From the NCBI RefSeq assembly GCF_001194135.2, contig NC_068983.1, positions 160,019,379 through 160,083,378 of the forward strand: a stretch of 64,000 nucleotides of DNA, read 5' to 3'. This document shows, piece after piece, positions 1 to 13,288 of the stretch. Under the pieces are notes generated by a model. The model made no database searches. It had not been told where the DNA came from and saw only the letters and a program-made list of their open reading frames with translations. The DNA comes from Octopus bimaculoides (lineage: Eukaryota). Numbering within the stretch: position 1 is the first letter of the stretch; each line of letters opens with the position of its first letter. Position numbers and translations under genes: made by a program.

Positions 1-43
<43 letters not shown>

Positions 44-819
44 TATATGTATATATATTTATATAAATATATTCAGATCACTAATTTTGGATTGGATATT
101 CGTAAGTGCAGATCTATATGTTAACATTTTAGTCCCCTGTCCCAAATATCTGTAAGGTCCGTTACGTTTGCACTATATAGTCATTAACAGGAACATTGGC
201 AGTATCTATCCCAGAACAGTTTTTCATATGGGGGCATAATATATTGTTTTATAGACAACATCATGTAATAGTACGAGGTTGAAACTTGATAAACATTTTT
301 CAACAGCTTCTGAGGATATATAGGTAATGTCTTCCATAAAAGTGTGACAAAAGCGACATTTTCGGTTACATTTTACGAGCTTTATTGTTTTCACTTATGC
401 TTCTTGTCTGTGTGGACGTAAGCATATATATATATATTCATATTATATACATATACAGATATATGTTTCTGAGCGTACATTCTTGGGGGATGTATGTGTA
501 TGTTTGTATATATATATAAATAATACAAAATGGGACAAGAACGCAGAACATCCAGACAGTTAGGGGATACAAGAAAAGGACAACAAAGCATCCAGATAGA
601 CGATACAAAGAAAAACAAGAAAAGGTCATTCGGTATTTTCTTTCAGTCGAGATCCAGATTATCTTTGCAATTTCGGCTGGTTATTTTCGATATTGCTCCA
701 ATCTGGCCAGCCCTAAAGAAAAACTAAGCTAACTGCATTAGATTCCTTGGAAGAAAGCAGCGAATGTATACAAAAACAAGGACGGAACAAAACGAACAAT
801 GTTACACAAATACAATAAA

Positions 820-888
<69 letters not shown>

Positions 889-898
889 CATATATACA

Positions 899-1123
899 TA
901 CAAATGGTGGGGGGCTAAAAAGCTCCTCGCTTTGGGTAAAAGAAAATACAGAAGTATCACTTAATTATGAATTTATCAACATATTCCCATCTCAGATTCA
1001 AACGCTTATCGCAGCAGTCCTTCAGTTTTTCTTAGCCCTTGAACAAGGACTCGGAAGTTTGGGCATCCAACTAGGCCTTTCGCAACACCCTTAAAGTCAA
1101 GAACTTTTCAGCACTCCCTCGTA
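899..1123 (+). mobile_element. Mariner/Tc1-type MITE (about 225 bp), copy 1
   Basis: The right end aaagtcaagaacttttcagcactccctcgTA is an inverted match to the left end TAcaaatggtgggggctaaaaagctcctcgcttt. The internal sequence is homologous to 40168-40377 in the opposite orientation. The TIR resembles the mariner end at 22372. Confidence 0.75.
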
Positions 1124-1649
1124 AATACATATACATATACAAAATATGGCAACTAATCGTAATTCTACACATTTTGTAAATGTTCTAGTTTTTGCCTTTT
1201 TAACAAATATAGAAAGCTCTTACGTATGGAAATAACCAAACGTAATGACTGCATTTTGATCAGTAAATGGTAGAAAACTAGCACACAATGGTGAAGATGG
1301 TACCTTGTTTTATAGGATCTCTTATGCTATCATAGTTCAAACATATAACTGGGTGGGCAGCTCAGCGGAATGTAGTCTACTGATTTCATTCATTTGACTT
1401 GTATTTTTATTGACAGTAAAGAATTTACAAACATTAAAAGTTAAAGTAAGATTTTGTGTACTTATACATTTGTAACCTGTCAGACAACTGTGTAGTTAAT
1501 AAATTTCCATGATGACTTTTGCTGGCCCATTAACATAATACGAATTTGCATTAACAACCACATTTATGACGTGTTAACAGATGCATACACGCACACATAT
1601 TTTTGAATGCATGTGTAGACGTATAGAACTTAATAATTTTTTTTACAAG

Positions 1650-1752
1650 AGGCACAAGGCCTGAAATTTTGGGAGGGGAACCCAGTGCTCAACTGGTATT
1701 TGTTTACCTTTCCCGCTTTCGTGAAAAGGTCAACTCGATTTTGGCAGAATTT
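1650..1752 (-). mobile_element. Degraded 3' fragment of a Nin-domain-type SINE
   Basis: ggcacaaggcctgaaattttgggagggg...cccagtgctcaactggta matches the tail of the copies at 21537-21752 and 57747-57949. Confidence 0.55.
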
Positions 1753-2159
1753 TTTAACAGGAGTGCTAAAGATTATGCTAGCTCGCTGTCTCATTGAGCT
1801 ATTAATAATAATAATGTATATATATATATATATATATATNNNNNNNNNNNNNNNNNNNNNNNNNNNNNNNNNNNNNNNNNNNNNNNNNNNNNNNNNNNNN
1901 NNNNNNNNNNNNNNNNNNNNNNNNNNNNNNNNNNNNNNNNNNNNNNNNNNNNNNNNNNNNNNNNNNNNNNNNNNNNNNNNNNNNNNNNNNNNNNNNNNNN
2001 NNNNNNNNNNNNNNNNNNNNNNNNNNNNNNNNNNNNNNNNNNNNNNNNNNNNNNNNNNNNNNNNNNNNNNNNNNNNNNNNNNNNNNNNNNNNNNNNNNNN
2101 NNNNNNNNNNNNNNNNNNNNNNNNNNNNNNNNNNNNNNNNNNNNNNNNNNNNNNNNNNN

Positions 2160-2221
<62 letters not shown>

Positions 2222-3699
2222 CATAGATATGCATGTATTTATTTGTACTTACATACATTCACTCACACATACACATACACTCATAAATACAGTAGAGGAC
2301 TAAAAATATCTGCAATTCTTACAGTTTTATCATACTCAACAAGAAATTGTAAATTTAACCTCTTCATCTATAACCCGTAAGAATTATACTGAAATACACG
2401 CGTTAACAGAAACTTTCCTGAAGACTTTCTTACTCATAAATCATAAATCTTACTATATTTTACCTTGTCAGTCAAACTAGTTTCACAACTAAAATTTAAA
2501 AAATTAAAAAAGCAAACATTACATTCTGCAGATCTAGATTTTCAAAAAATTTTGCGTTAATTTCCTTTCCATCAAGGGAACAATTTCCTTTCTGCTCTGA
2601 TGCCCTCGAAGTCTGAAATTCACAAACACATCTTACAAACAATCTTTCTGATTGAAATTCCAATCCTTTATTTTCTCCAGATTAAGTTTTACTCCAGATT
2701 AAGTTTTACTCCAGCTTTTCTTGACGCAGGCTTTGTGAAAGTTTATCTCCGTTTCTTTCTGCCGGAAATTCTTACATGGTTTTGTTACACAGAATCGTTC
2801 AACCTTCGAATGATAAATAGTTCATTAAAAAGGAGGAATTCTTTAAACTATTAAATGTGAGCCTCTTTTTACATACTTCAAAATGGGCCAAAAGGCAGCA
2901 AATCAAAGATTTTGGAATGCTGCCGGCAGCCCTCCACAAAAGGAAAAGGAAGCACGATAACATATGGTGAATGAAGGATAATTTCTAAAATGTGGGTTTT
3001 GCGGTGAAATGTGTGAATGCGCGAATAGATAACAAATGCTGGAAATTCCCGCATATGCGGTAAGATTGATAAGTGTCTGTGTTTCTGTATGAATGTCTGA
3101 GTGTTTGCATGCATGTGTGTGTGTGAGTGTACGTGCATCCGTGTGTAGTTTGTCTCTATTACAGTAGTATATAAGGAAATAGGTAGGTAGGAAGGTATGT
3201 AGTTGAGAAATGAGAGAAATCAACGAAGAAATCTAACATTTTTCACACATGTAAGATCTAAATCTTACGTTATCTGATTGGATTCCCCATTTAGTGAGCT
3301 ACTTACAAGACCTATACACATCATGGTGCTTTATTTGGAAGTGATATAAGAGGAAAATGGCTACCCAAATGATCTATTAGAGACAGAAATGCTCTATTGA
3401 TTGTACAGAAAGGATTGTTGTATGTTTATTAGCTTTCATATAAACATGGAGAAGAGATGTCAAGATAGGAATCAGATGACTTGATAATGTACTTACTTTA
3501 TTGTTTCAAAAGAAACTTCTCTAACATCGCAGCTCAGTTTCTATTTATATTCCTGTTCTGAAGTAATTTACACTAACGCACATAGACATGCATCGCTACA
3601 TGCACACACCAATACAAACAAACACAGACACGTATATATCTCTATATATTTGTATGTATGTACGTATGTATGTATTCATGTACCTATTATATGAATCTA

Positions 3700-3765
<66 letters not shown>

Positions 3766-4326
3766 TGCACACACACACGCAGATGTGTCCACACAGATAT
3801 AAACGTGATAACGAACTTACACGTATACGTACATTGTTATATATGCATATAAACACATGCACACACATACACATGCACATGTGGTCGATAGTGTAAAGAC
3901 AAATTCGTTACATTAATGTCAAGAGAGTCATCCACCTATCAGTTTAATCTTTATAAGTTTCGTTTGGCAGGTTACAAGTGCAGCAAGTACCCAGGAACCT
4001 AAACTTTTAATGTTTATTAATTCTTTAAATGTTCAATAAAAACATAAGTCACGTATATACTCGGTAGACTGTATTTCAATCGGCAGCCATCCTAGTTACA
4101 TGTTTGAAGTATTATAGCATGAAAGATCCTATAAAACAGGATATGATGTCGTAAATTCTTTTCGCTCAGTATACGAGCATTGCAATTGGTTATTCCCACT
4201 TGAACCCTCCGTTTGTGACTGGCATAAGATAACCAATTAGCAACCAAATATTTAGCGCTTCGATCTAAGTACTGTATTCTATATGTACACGTCACGCACG
4301 CACGCACACACTGACACACACATATA

Positions 4327-4740
4327 GGCGTAGGAATGGTCGTGTGGTAAGTAACTTCCTTACCGACCACATGGTTCCGGATCCAGTCCCACTGTGTGGC
4401 AACTTGCGCAAGTGTTTTCTACTGTAGCCTCGGGTCGATCAAAGCCTTGTAAGCAGATCAGGTAGACGGAAACTGAGAGAAGTCCGTCGTATATGTGTGT
4501 GTGTGTGTGTGTGTGTGCGTATGTTTGTGTGTCTGTGTCCACCCAGCATCCCTTGACAACCGATATTGGTGTGTTTACGTCCCCGTAACTTAGTATTTCG
4601 TCAAAAGAATCTGATAGAATAACTACGATGTTTACAAAGAATAAGTCCTGGGGTCGATATGTTCGACTAAAAGGCGGTACTCCAGCATGGCCGCAGTCAA
4701 ATGACTGGAACAAATAAAAGAGTAAAAGAATAAAAGAATA
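4327..4740 (+). mobile_element. tRNA-derived SINE family A, full length, with an internal (TG)n tract
   Basis: tRNA-like head ggcgtaggaatggtcgtgtggtaag...ggttccggatcc, a central gcaacttgcgcaagtg motif, and a taaaagaataaaagaata tail. Homologous to five other copies in the window. Confidence 0.85.
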
Positions 4741-4746
4741 TGTAGA

Positions 4747-4790
<44 letters not shown>

Positions 4791-4865
4791 GCAAATATAC
4801 GCACACATATATGTGCGATTGTACGTAACAAATCTATTTCGAATAAACACACTGTGACTCATAAG

Positions 4866-5024
4866 TGCAGTCGTTGTAATATAGTTAAGAAGCTTGCCTC
4901 ACAGCCATGTGGTTTCCGGTTCAGTCCTACTGTACAGCAACTTGCTCACGTGTCTTCTACTATAGCCCCGGGTTGACCTAAGCCTTATGAATGGATTTCG
5001 TAGACAGAAACTGAAAGACGCCTG

Positions 5025-5026
<2 letters not shown>
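4866..5026 (+). mobile_element. SINE family A, 5' half
   Basis: Aligns to 4340-4490 (gtagacagaaactgaaagacgcctgtcg) and ends in a (TG)n tract. Confidence 0.8.
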
Positions 5027-5080
<54 letters not shown>

Positions 5081-5431
5081 ACATATGAACTTCAAGTAAG
5101 TTAAAATATGTTCGTGATATATTTCAACGTCTAAAGGCAAACTCACTGCAGTTGCCGTGGCTCAAATATAAAAAAAAAACACATGCTTTCCTAAGGTAAA
5201 AAATGTAAAAACACCAAATCGACCCAGTGTCGCCCTCTATCGGATTCCCAGACGCAGCATTTCTGATACTTCATCTTTCCTCAATGGGTATTTCTGCATC
5301 GGTATTTACTATATCAGAAATTGTTTTTTCTCAGAGCTAACTGCAGTGAATTTGCCTTTAGAATTTGAAATATTTCACATCTTTTAACTAACCTGTAATT
5401 TGCTAATACTTAAATACAGCATGAAGCTGAA

Positions 5432-5857
5432 GGCGCAAGCGTGCCTGTGTGCTAAGAAGTTTGCATTCCAGCCACATGGTTCCAGGTTCAGCCCATTGCG
5501 CGGCACCTCAGGCAAGTGTCTTTTTCTACAGCTTCGTGCTGACCAAAGTTTTGTGAGAGTATTTGGTAGACGGAAACTGAAAGAAGCCCGTCATGTATAT
5601 ATATGAATGTGTGTGTGTGTGTGTGTGTGTTTGTGCCATTGTGTCTGCGTTTGTTCCCCCAACATCGCTTGACAACCGATCTTGGTGTGCGTATGTCCCC
5701 GTAAATTAACGGTTCGGCAAAAGTGGTGGCCGATAGAATGCGTACTCGGCTTACAAAGAATAAACCGTGGGGTCGATTTCTTCGACTAAAACCCTTTAAG
5801 GCGGTGCTCCAGTATGGCGACAGTCAAATGACTGAGACGTGTAAAAGAAGAAAAGAA
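5432..5857 (+). mobile_element. SINE family A, full length
   Basis: Colinear with 4327-4740, including the internal TG tract and the ggcggtgctccagtatggcgacagtcaaatgactga tail. Confidence 0.85.
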
Positions 5858-5899
5858 TGTGTGTGTGTGTGTGTGTGTGTGTGCGCGTGCGTGCGCGTG

Positions 5900-6075
5900 T
5901 GTGGATGCCTTTGTCCTTGTAGTTGTCATCCCACTGTTGGTTCTTTTACGTCTCCCTAACTTATCGGTTCGGTAAAACAGGCTTAAAAAAATAAGAACTG
6001 AGGGTGATTGTTCGACTAGTCCCTTCAAGGCGGGGCACCAGTATGACCAAAGTCCAACAACAAGTAAAATTTAAA
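5900..6075 (+). mobile_element. SINE family A, degraded 3' half
   Basis: gttcgactagtcccttcaaggcggggcaccagtatg matches the family A tail. Confidence 0.65.
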
Positions 6076-6139
6076 GGATGAAGATACATATATACCCAGG
6101 CATACTCATACATAAATACATACAAGGTACACACACGCG

Positions 6140-8435
6140 CGCGCGTCGGTTGACTCCAGCTCGTATCCGAGCATTGGGTTCGTCAGTTTCCAACCAGCCT
6201 CCTCGACTGATGTTTGTGCCGAAAGTGACTTTGGAGTCCAAGTCGGTGGTGAAAGAGTCGTGGGCAGAACTCGCACGGGATGGTCGGTACTGGTCGAGGA
6301 TGTTGAAGGCGCTCCTTTCTTCTGCGTGTTGCCTCCTCATTCTGTTGTCTGTTCTGTTCGAATGAGCTGGCTCCATTGCGAATAGCAGTCCTCCAGGCTG
6401 ACTATCCATGGCAATCTGTTCCCATGAGATGGCTGGATGTTAGCTTGAACCAAGGTCCGTTTGAGCTGGTCTTTAAAACGGAATTTCGGACCTCCTCTGG
6501 GTCTTCTTTCGATTGCAAGTTCTCCGTAGAGCATGATCCTTGGGAGACGAGAGGGCTCCATACGTTGGACGTGACCTGCCTAGTGGAGACGATGGCGAAG
6601 AATGGTGTCTTCGACACTTGGCAGGGAAGCGCAATTAAGAACCTAGTTGTTAGTAACGTGATCTTCCCGGTATATGTTGAGGATCTGCCGCAGCTTCGAT
6701 TGCTGGAAGCATTCAAGTCACTTGAAGTCATGGCAGTACAACGTCTAAGTCTCATAAGCGTAGAGTAGAGTTGACAGGACAATGGCACGGAAGACCATGA
6801 TCTTTGTCCGGATGGCCAGTACGTGATTGAATAATACATGTTGGCCGAGTCTGTCGAAAGGGGAGTGAGCCGCCCCAATCTGGTTCTCCACGTCCTTTTC
6901 ACACGTGGATATCTTCGAAAGGATACTTCCAAGGTATGTGAAGTGTTTAACTTCTTCTAGAGGTTGGCCGTTGATACTAATGTTTGTGTGTGGACTGCTT
7001 TGGCCTGTTACAGGTTGGATCAGTGTCTTGGTATTTAATGTGTTTATCTACATCCCGAAGTGTTGGTAAGCGTTCAATCGGCCGCCCTTCGTAGGCCATC
7101 TGCGGTTCGGCTCGGAGTGGTATTGTCGTCGGCGTACTGTATCTCACGGACTGAGATGGCGGAGGTGCTCGTCTTTTCACAGAGACGTACGAGATTGAAG
7201 AATCTGCCATCCAAGTGATAGCGCATGTTGATGGGAGGCGAGTCTAGTGGGATTTCGTTGAACATGGCGGCCATGTGCAAAGAGAAACAGGCTGGTGCCA
7301 GGACGCATCCTTGCTTAAGAGCCCCAGTCGTTCGGGGGAAGTGGGTCTTGCTTTCCCAGATCTTGAGGATAAGGAGCATCAGATGATTTCTCAGCTCAGG
7401 ACCTTCGTGCGTGAAAAACTCAAATGAGATGTTGTCTGGTCCTGGAGCTTTCCCCGGCTTCATGCACGCAAGTGCCTTGTTGACCTCATGGCGTGAGGGA
7501 GGCAGAGACATCTAATGGTAGATGGGTAGCTGTGGGGTGTTTTGGAGGAGATCGTCAGGAGCGCGTGAGTGGTCGTTAATTAGGCACTCGAAATGGGACT
7601 TCCAGTGATCGAGGATTCCCTGGGTGTCGGTTATCGTAGAGCCAGCTGCGTTCTTCAGGCCGCCCACTGATAACCTTGTGGGGCCAAAGATCTCCTCGGT
7701 TGCAGCATAAAAGCTGCGCAAGTTTCGTTGGTCCGCATAGTTTTACATCTCCTCTGCTTTCCTCTGCCACCAGATGATCTCAGCCTCTTGAATTCGTCGC
7801 TGGCATTCTGCTGATGCTTGCTGGTGTTTCCGTTTGTTCTCTGCAGTGGCATGGTTCTCGAAGGCTAGGTGCGTCCGGAGTTTGGCTTCGATAAGACGAG
7901 AGATGGTTTCATCATTCTCGTCAAACTAGTCTTGGTCCTTCTTCCGGGCAAAGCCGATCGTCTCTTCGGCGGCAGCGGTCAGGGCTTCACGAAGTCTAGT
8001 CCAGTGATCCTCAATGGAGGTTGCCTCTGGGAAGGACCATCAGGTGTCTCTCAATGGATTCCCTGAAGTCTTGGGATGCCTGTGGGTTTCGAAGTTTGGC
8101 GCAATCGAAGCGTCGACAAGGGATGTTTGCTGAGACCCGCTTTGGTGGGGAGCGGATCTTGATGTCAAGACGAGAAATAAGAAGGCAGGGATCCGTCTAA
8201 CAGTCATCTGCACCAGGCATGGAGTGGATGATGCGTACATCTCGTCTGTTCCTGGATCTTGGCATTTCGTAGTCGAGTATGTGCCAGTGTTTAGACCGTG
8301 GGTGTTTCCAGGTTGTATTTTGTTGGGTAGGGAAATGAATTAGAGTAGTTGATGATGACGAGTTCATGCTCGGCGCGAACGCCCAGGAGGAGCTGGCCAT
8401 TGGCATTCGAATATTCCATTCCAAATCATTTCTCT
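6140..8435 (-). mobile_element. RTE-clade LINE relic (APE endonuclease, RT, C-terminal zinc-finger-like motif) with frameshifts and an internal deletion
   Basis: Minus-strand peptides TTWKHPRSKHWHILDY (endonuclease), KPGKAPGPDNI, GALKQGCVLAP, IQYADD, RLPRIMLYGEL..RPRGGPKFRFKDQLK, and terminal CEFCPRLFHHRLGLQSHFRHKH. GC content is visibly above background. Confidence 0.9.
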
Positions 8436-8896
8436 ACTCTTGGTTTTCTACTATTTTCTTTCTCCTCCTTCTCTTTCTCTAAATTGCATTTGACGCTAAA
8501 TCTATTAACGGTTTTTCTTTATTATAACTTGCCAGCGTTCCCTTCATCATATACGCAGTCATCACATTCGGTTAAAATGGCTTACTGATGTTGTTTCTCT
8601 TTTTTTCACTGGTCAGAAGATCGCATTGTTTTACACCATTTTATTTCTTCTGGAATAATACCAATGATTTCTTCGAAACATATGTCAGAAATATAGAGAT
8701 GTGAATAATACCTACGTTTAGCTCCATTTATTTATCTAAGTAAATAAAAGACACTTCTCCAAAACCTGGAATTTCTACCTTTTAAGTAGGCTGTTACATC
8801 CTTGGTACTTATGTGAATATTTTGCTACCCTGGTAACTATTTATTTTTTCCGTGTGATTTGTACACATTGAAAAAATACACATACATTTATATATA

Positions 8897-9052
8897 TTTA
8901 TGTATGTGTATGTAGGTATATATATTTTTTCATGTCTGTGTATGTAGGTATATATGTATGTGTATGTAGGTATATATGTATGTGTATGTAGGTATATATG
9001 TATGTGTATGTAGGTATATATATATCTTTCATGTATGTATATNNNNNNNNNN

Positions 9053-9120
<68 letters not shown>
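8897..9120. repeat. 22-bp minisatellite (tgtatgtaggtatatatgtatg, about 4-5 copies), then a 10-N gap and (TG)n
   Basis: Tandem units read directly at 8897-9025; (TG)n at 9053-9120. Confidence 0.9.
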
Positions 9121-9121
<1 letters not shown>

Positions 9122-9819
9122 ATCTAAATAAAACACTTTTTTAAGTACAATGTACAATATGTCTTTAGATAGCAATAATAAATATATTGGAAGTAAAAAT
9201 GAAAAGGTCTATATCAAGCTAGAGAAAGGTTTAAAAGGTTCGCATTTGAATGCAGTAATCTCATAAAACAGAAAGATTTTAGTATGTACAAAAATAACTT
9301 CGATTCATAGTCAATAAATCGGCTAACAATCGATTATCGATACAATCGAGCGATGGAATTATAGTCTAACGCTTGATTTAAAAATTCAACAATGGATATC
9401 TACTTGAAAATATGGAAAACGAAGGATTTAATGGCGTTTGAGGATGATGTAGATATTCTAGTTTTCTATACGTTACAGAAGTTATAATTTTATAAAACCA
9501 ACCAGCTGTAAAACATTTATAGTTTTGGGGCTCATATTTAATCACTTTCACGATATATATTTTCATAATGGCTTTATAACAATCATCTAGATGGCTTATT
9601 GTCCTGGAAAGCTACTTTATAACTTTGTTCTGACTACATTAAATGTATCCCGTTCTTTTATACCATGTACGACACGTAGCATATATTCAACGCAAATAAG
9701 CCACATTTAGAATAATTGTAAAATTTTAAAACAAGCACAATATCGAAATTTCTGTTGTCTAGGAAGGGAATCGATTAAATGGTTCCCAGTAATAAACTAG
9801 CAATGATCTTTTATCCCCA

Positions 9820-10410
9820 TCGTCACATTTTGGTTGGGTCAAAACTCCTCCACGACTCTAAACTCACTTCTATTTCAGGTCCTGGTATCACGTAGTCTGA
9901 AAGGTACTCATAAGGATCTCTGTTGTTGACCGAGTAAAGAAAAACATCCATGTCATCGAGGCAACTACAGTATGGATGTTTGTAGAGTGCTGTTGCAATT
10001 TTCACTAATAGTCTATCATTCAAGGGTTCAATACAACATACAACCATCTCCTCAGTTGTTCTTCGTGCACTTCGTTCTGAATATTTATTAGCTCATCGTT
10101 TACTATTCGAAGAAATAAACACATGACGTCTCTATTTCGTTTTCCAATCGTTGTTTCGTTCTTGCCTTCCGGAAGAGTTTCCGCTTGTCCCTGTCGCGAT
10201 GATAGAGTACTGATTGAAGAGCATTCTACAAACAAGCACTGAAGACAAGATGAATTTTTCATGAGTCTCTAGAGCTGCAACTGGTGGTGCTCTAGAAGCA
10301 CTGATTCCTAGATCCTGCTGTCTCTTCCACTGCTGTTGTTCTTTGCTTTCTTTCGCTGATTGTCCAGTTTCTCAAGTCCCTCAAGTTCAGCAAACTCTTC
10401 CAGTGAGTCT
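9820..10410 (-). other. Coding-like relic of unknown origin
   Basis: GC-elevated, non-repetitive block with open stretches in several minus frames (e.g. MVVCCIEPLNDRLLVKIATALYKHPYCSCLDDMDVFL). I do not recognise the family. Confidence 0.25.
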
Positions 10411-10434
10411 TAGTGTCACGGAGCTTTTTGCCTT

Positions 10435-10560
10435 GCACCACAAATCTTTAGGATATCGTGGAAATGATGCAGGAGCTGTGTAAGGTAGTCCCTGCCATTG
10501 CGGAAACCATGCTGATTAGGAACCAGTAGGTTGTTGCTTACCAGGTCGCACCGCTCTCTC
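10435..10560 (-). mobile_element. Short non-LTR reverse transcriptase fragment (CR1/L2/Jockey-like)
   Basis: Minus-strand SNNLLVPNQHGFRNGRDYLTQLLHHFHDILK matches the QHGFR...S.LTQL motif of RT domain 2. Confidence 0.7.
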
Positions 10561-11608
10561 AAATAATTTGATGAGATGGGAAGGGAGCAGTGTTATCTAA
10601 ATATGATTGATTCAAAGAAATTTCGTTACGTATTTGACCTAAATTATACGAATATATCAATTGTGAAAAGAAAAAGAATAAAACCAGATGAAATGAGTAA
10701 GTGAAACAATGTCCAGATTCATTGCAGATTTTCTCAGATTGAAGTCTTTACATCTGGCATTCGCTGTGTTTGTCATTTTATGAATAGACCATAAGCAATA
10801 AGGAGAATATCTAAATAGCTGTCGTTTTCAAAAGAATTCGGTATGCATTTTTGACTGAAGCTGCTCCATTTCGGCTTTTTGCTCATGTTAGCAAAAGATT
10901 TTTGTCTTTTCCATTGAACTGTATACGCGTTTTAATGATAATTATTAGGCCGTCTGACGAAAGATGCGGAATTGTAATCTGAGAGATTATGTTAGCTAGA
11001 TGCCTGGGGAAGAATTTTTGAAATTGGCCTGATGAAATTATGTTGATGTATGTTGTTTGGGATGTAAAGAGAGACATGATTCTCATACATTTCGTTTTTG
11101 TTTTTTGACCGAGCTATTTAAAAACCTAAAGGTTTTGAGCATATGAAAATCACCTACATGAAGGTGACTGTGATAGCGTTAAAATCGAAGTTAGTGTTTA
11201 GATGTCGAGGTAGTTGAATGGCCATAGGGCCAAATAAAGAAACAGTAGTTGAGTAGAGGTCATCCGAACGTGCGATATAACAGTGATCCCAATACGTAGA
11301 TATAGGGAGAAGTCTAGACGTCGAGGTAGTTGAGTAGAGGTCATTCGAACGTGCGCATAACAGTGGAAACAATAATTTCGTAGCTCACACAGCCACTGTG
11401 TAGTATTGCGATATAACACTTCTCCATTTTTAACAAATTTGTTGAGTTTTGTGAGATTTCTTTCCATGAATTAACGTAGCACACCATATACAGTATTATT
11501 TTCATATTCGTAAACTTATGCAAGTAACCTGCCAGCAAAATATGAAGAATCTATATTAGAAATCTTTTTTGGAATCCTCCAAATTAAAGGATGAAATATA
11601 ATTCAACC

Positions 11609-11746
<138 letters not shown>

Positions 11747-11834
11747 TATAACCATATATATACAACGGGCTTCTTTGAGAATGTATGTATGTATGTATGT
11801 ATACTCACTTTTCATATATATATGTATATGTATG

Positions 11835-12050
11835 TTTGTGTGTCTGTCTTTGTCTCCCCGCCATTGTTTGGCAACTAATGCCAGTGTGTTTACGCCCCCG
11901 TAAATTAGCCGATCGGCAAAACTGACCGATAAAATAAGTACTTGGCTTACAAAGAGTAGGTTCTGCGGGTGATTTGTTCGACTTAAAAGCGATACTTCAG
12001 CATGGCCACAGTGAAATAACTGAAACAAGTAAAAGAATAAAAAGATAAAT
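11835..12050 (+). mobile_element. SINE family A, 3' half
   Basis: gtgtttacgcccccgtaaattagcc...cagcatggccacagt...aagtaaaagaataaaaag matches the family A tail. Confidence 0.8.
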
Positions 12051-12599
12051 ATGAACAATTAACACCATACCTTTTCACCTCGCATAAAATTGTTGAGAAT
12101 TAAGTGTAGAGAAAAATGTTCATTTAACAAATAAACCACGGTTTTCAATTGACAGTAATTGAATTGTTTAATGACTATCCTTAGCCTCAAAGCCAAGAGG
12201 TTTGAAAATCGCTGGATTGCCTATATAACTTCTTTTAAATGCTTTACCTGCACAATATTATGGCATGGATAGCTTACAATTTCTTCTGTGAAAACACTAT
12301 TAACCTCTGAACGGAATACTTATACTGTAGGTGTGACTTGCTACTTATATCATTTTGTCATCACAAAGTAGTTCTGTAGGCATGGTTGTATTTCATAAAA
12401 CGCCCCAGTTATTATAAAGCTTTAGGCAAGCTTGAATTCTGATTATTATACAGATTTAAACAAGTTTGAAGCAAGGACGCTGTTTCTCGAAAACCTAATA
12501 TTTATCTAAAATTATGAAAATCACTATACACAATAAATATTCAGTGTTTGAATTTAAACGGCAATATCTTGAATATAGGGCTTGAAAGTATTCATTTGG

Positions 12600-12850
12600 A
12601 TCTTTAGCTCTGAGTCAATAACGTCACACATTACATTCCCTATTAACCTTCTTTTACTCTATTCCTTACTGTTAACACTTCAGAGATTAGATTGCTTCTT
12701 TGGTTGCTTTCACGGAAATTTCAGTGGAATATTCATTTTTCTGAAATTCAAATTTAGGTGTCATAGTTTTATCTCCAGCAATGGATTACACGATGATCAG
12801 TAGTAGCACTCCTCCAACTGCTAAATCTATCTACAGCGTTGAATTAGGAT
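12600..12850 (-). pseudogene. Possible decayed cadherin-repeat fragment
   Basis: Minus frames give AVD....RSATT..RV, then PKFEFQKNEYSTEISVK (FxxxxYxxxIxE-like, with the E one substitution away), then a G.NG.V-like stretch. Several frameshifts are needed to join them. Confidence 0.25.
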
Positions 12851-13218
12851 TGCTTGAAAGTACACATTATGACGCTTCATGAGTTTCGAATCTCTTTTCT
12901 TGATATTCCACGCTTCATTTAGTGTCCTCTTGAATTTTAAATTAAAATAATTCTAAAAATAAATTTTCGCTTTCAATTTTTATCGAAAACCTTGATTGGT
13001 TTATATAGAATATAATTATCCTATAATCATAAAAAGAAGCTTATATATCAACAGAGCTAAATTCCTATGTCTAAAGTACAACTATGTTTCATTCAAAACT
13101 CAAGTATGAAGTTTGCCTAAAGTCAATGAAATTTTACAAACAGTTCTTTCACCCTACCACCACTCAACCATTATTAAAATTTGATTCTCAACATCAAAAA
13201 TAAATAAATAAATGAATA

Positions 13219-13287
<69 letters not shown>

Positions 13288-13288
13288 T
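13219..13288. repeat. (AAT)n microsatellite
   Basis: Read directly from the sequence. Confidence 0.95.

Larger units (their letters stand above)
1..5080. repeat. Microsatellite cluster: (TA)n at 1-62, 822-885, 1816-2177 (gap-spanning) and 3710-3757; (TG/CA)n at 2178-2219, 4749-4786 and 5026-5079
   Basis: Dinucleotide runs read directly from the sequence. Confidence 0.95.

Noticed and set aside
2675-2714. 17-bp tandem duplication ctccagattaagtttta
   Set aside because: Ordinary slippage duplication.
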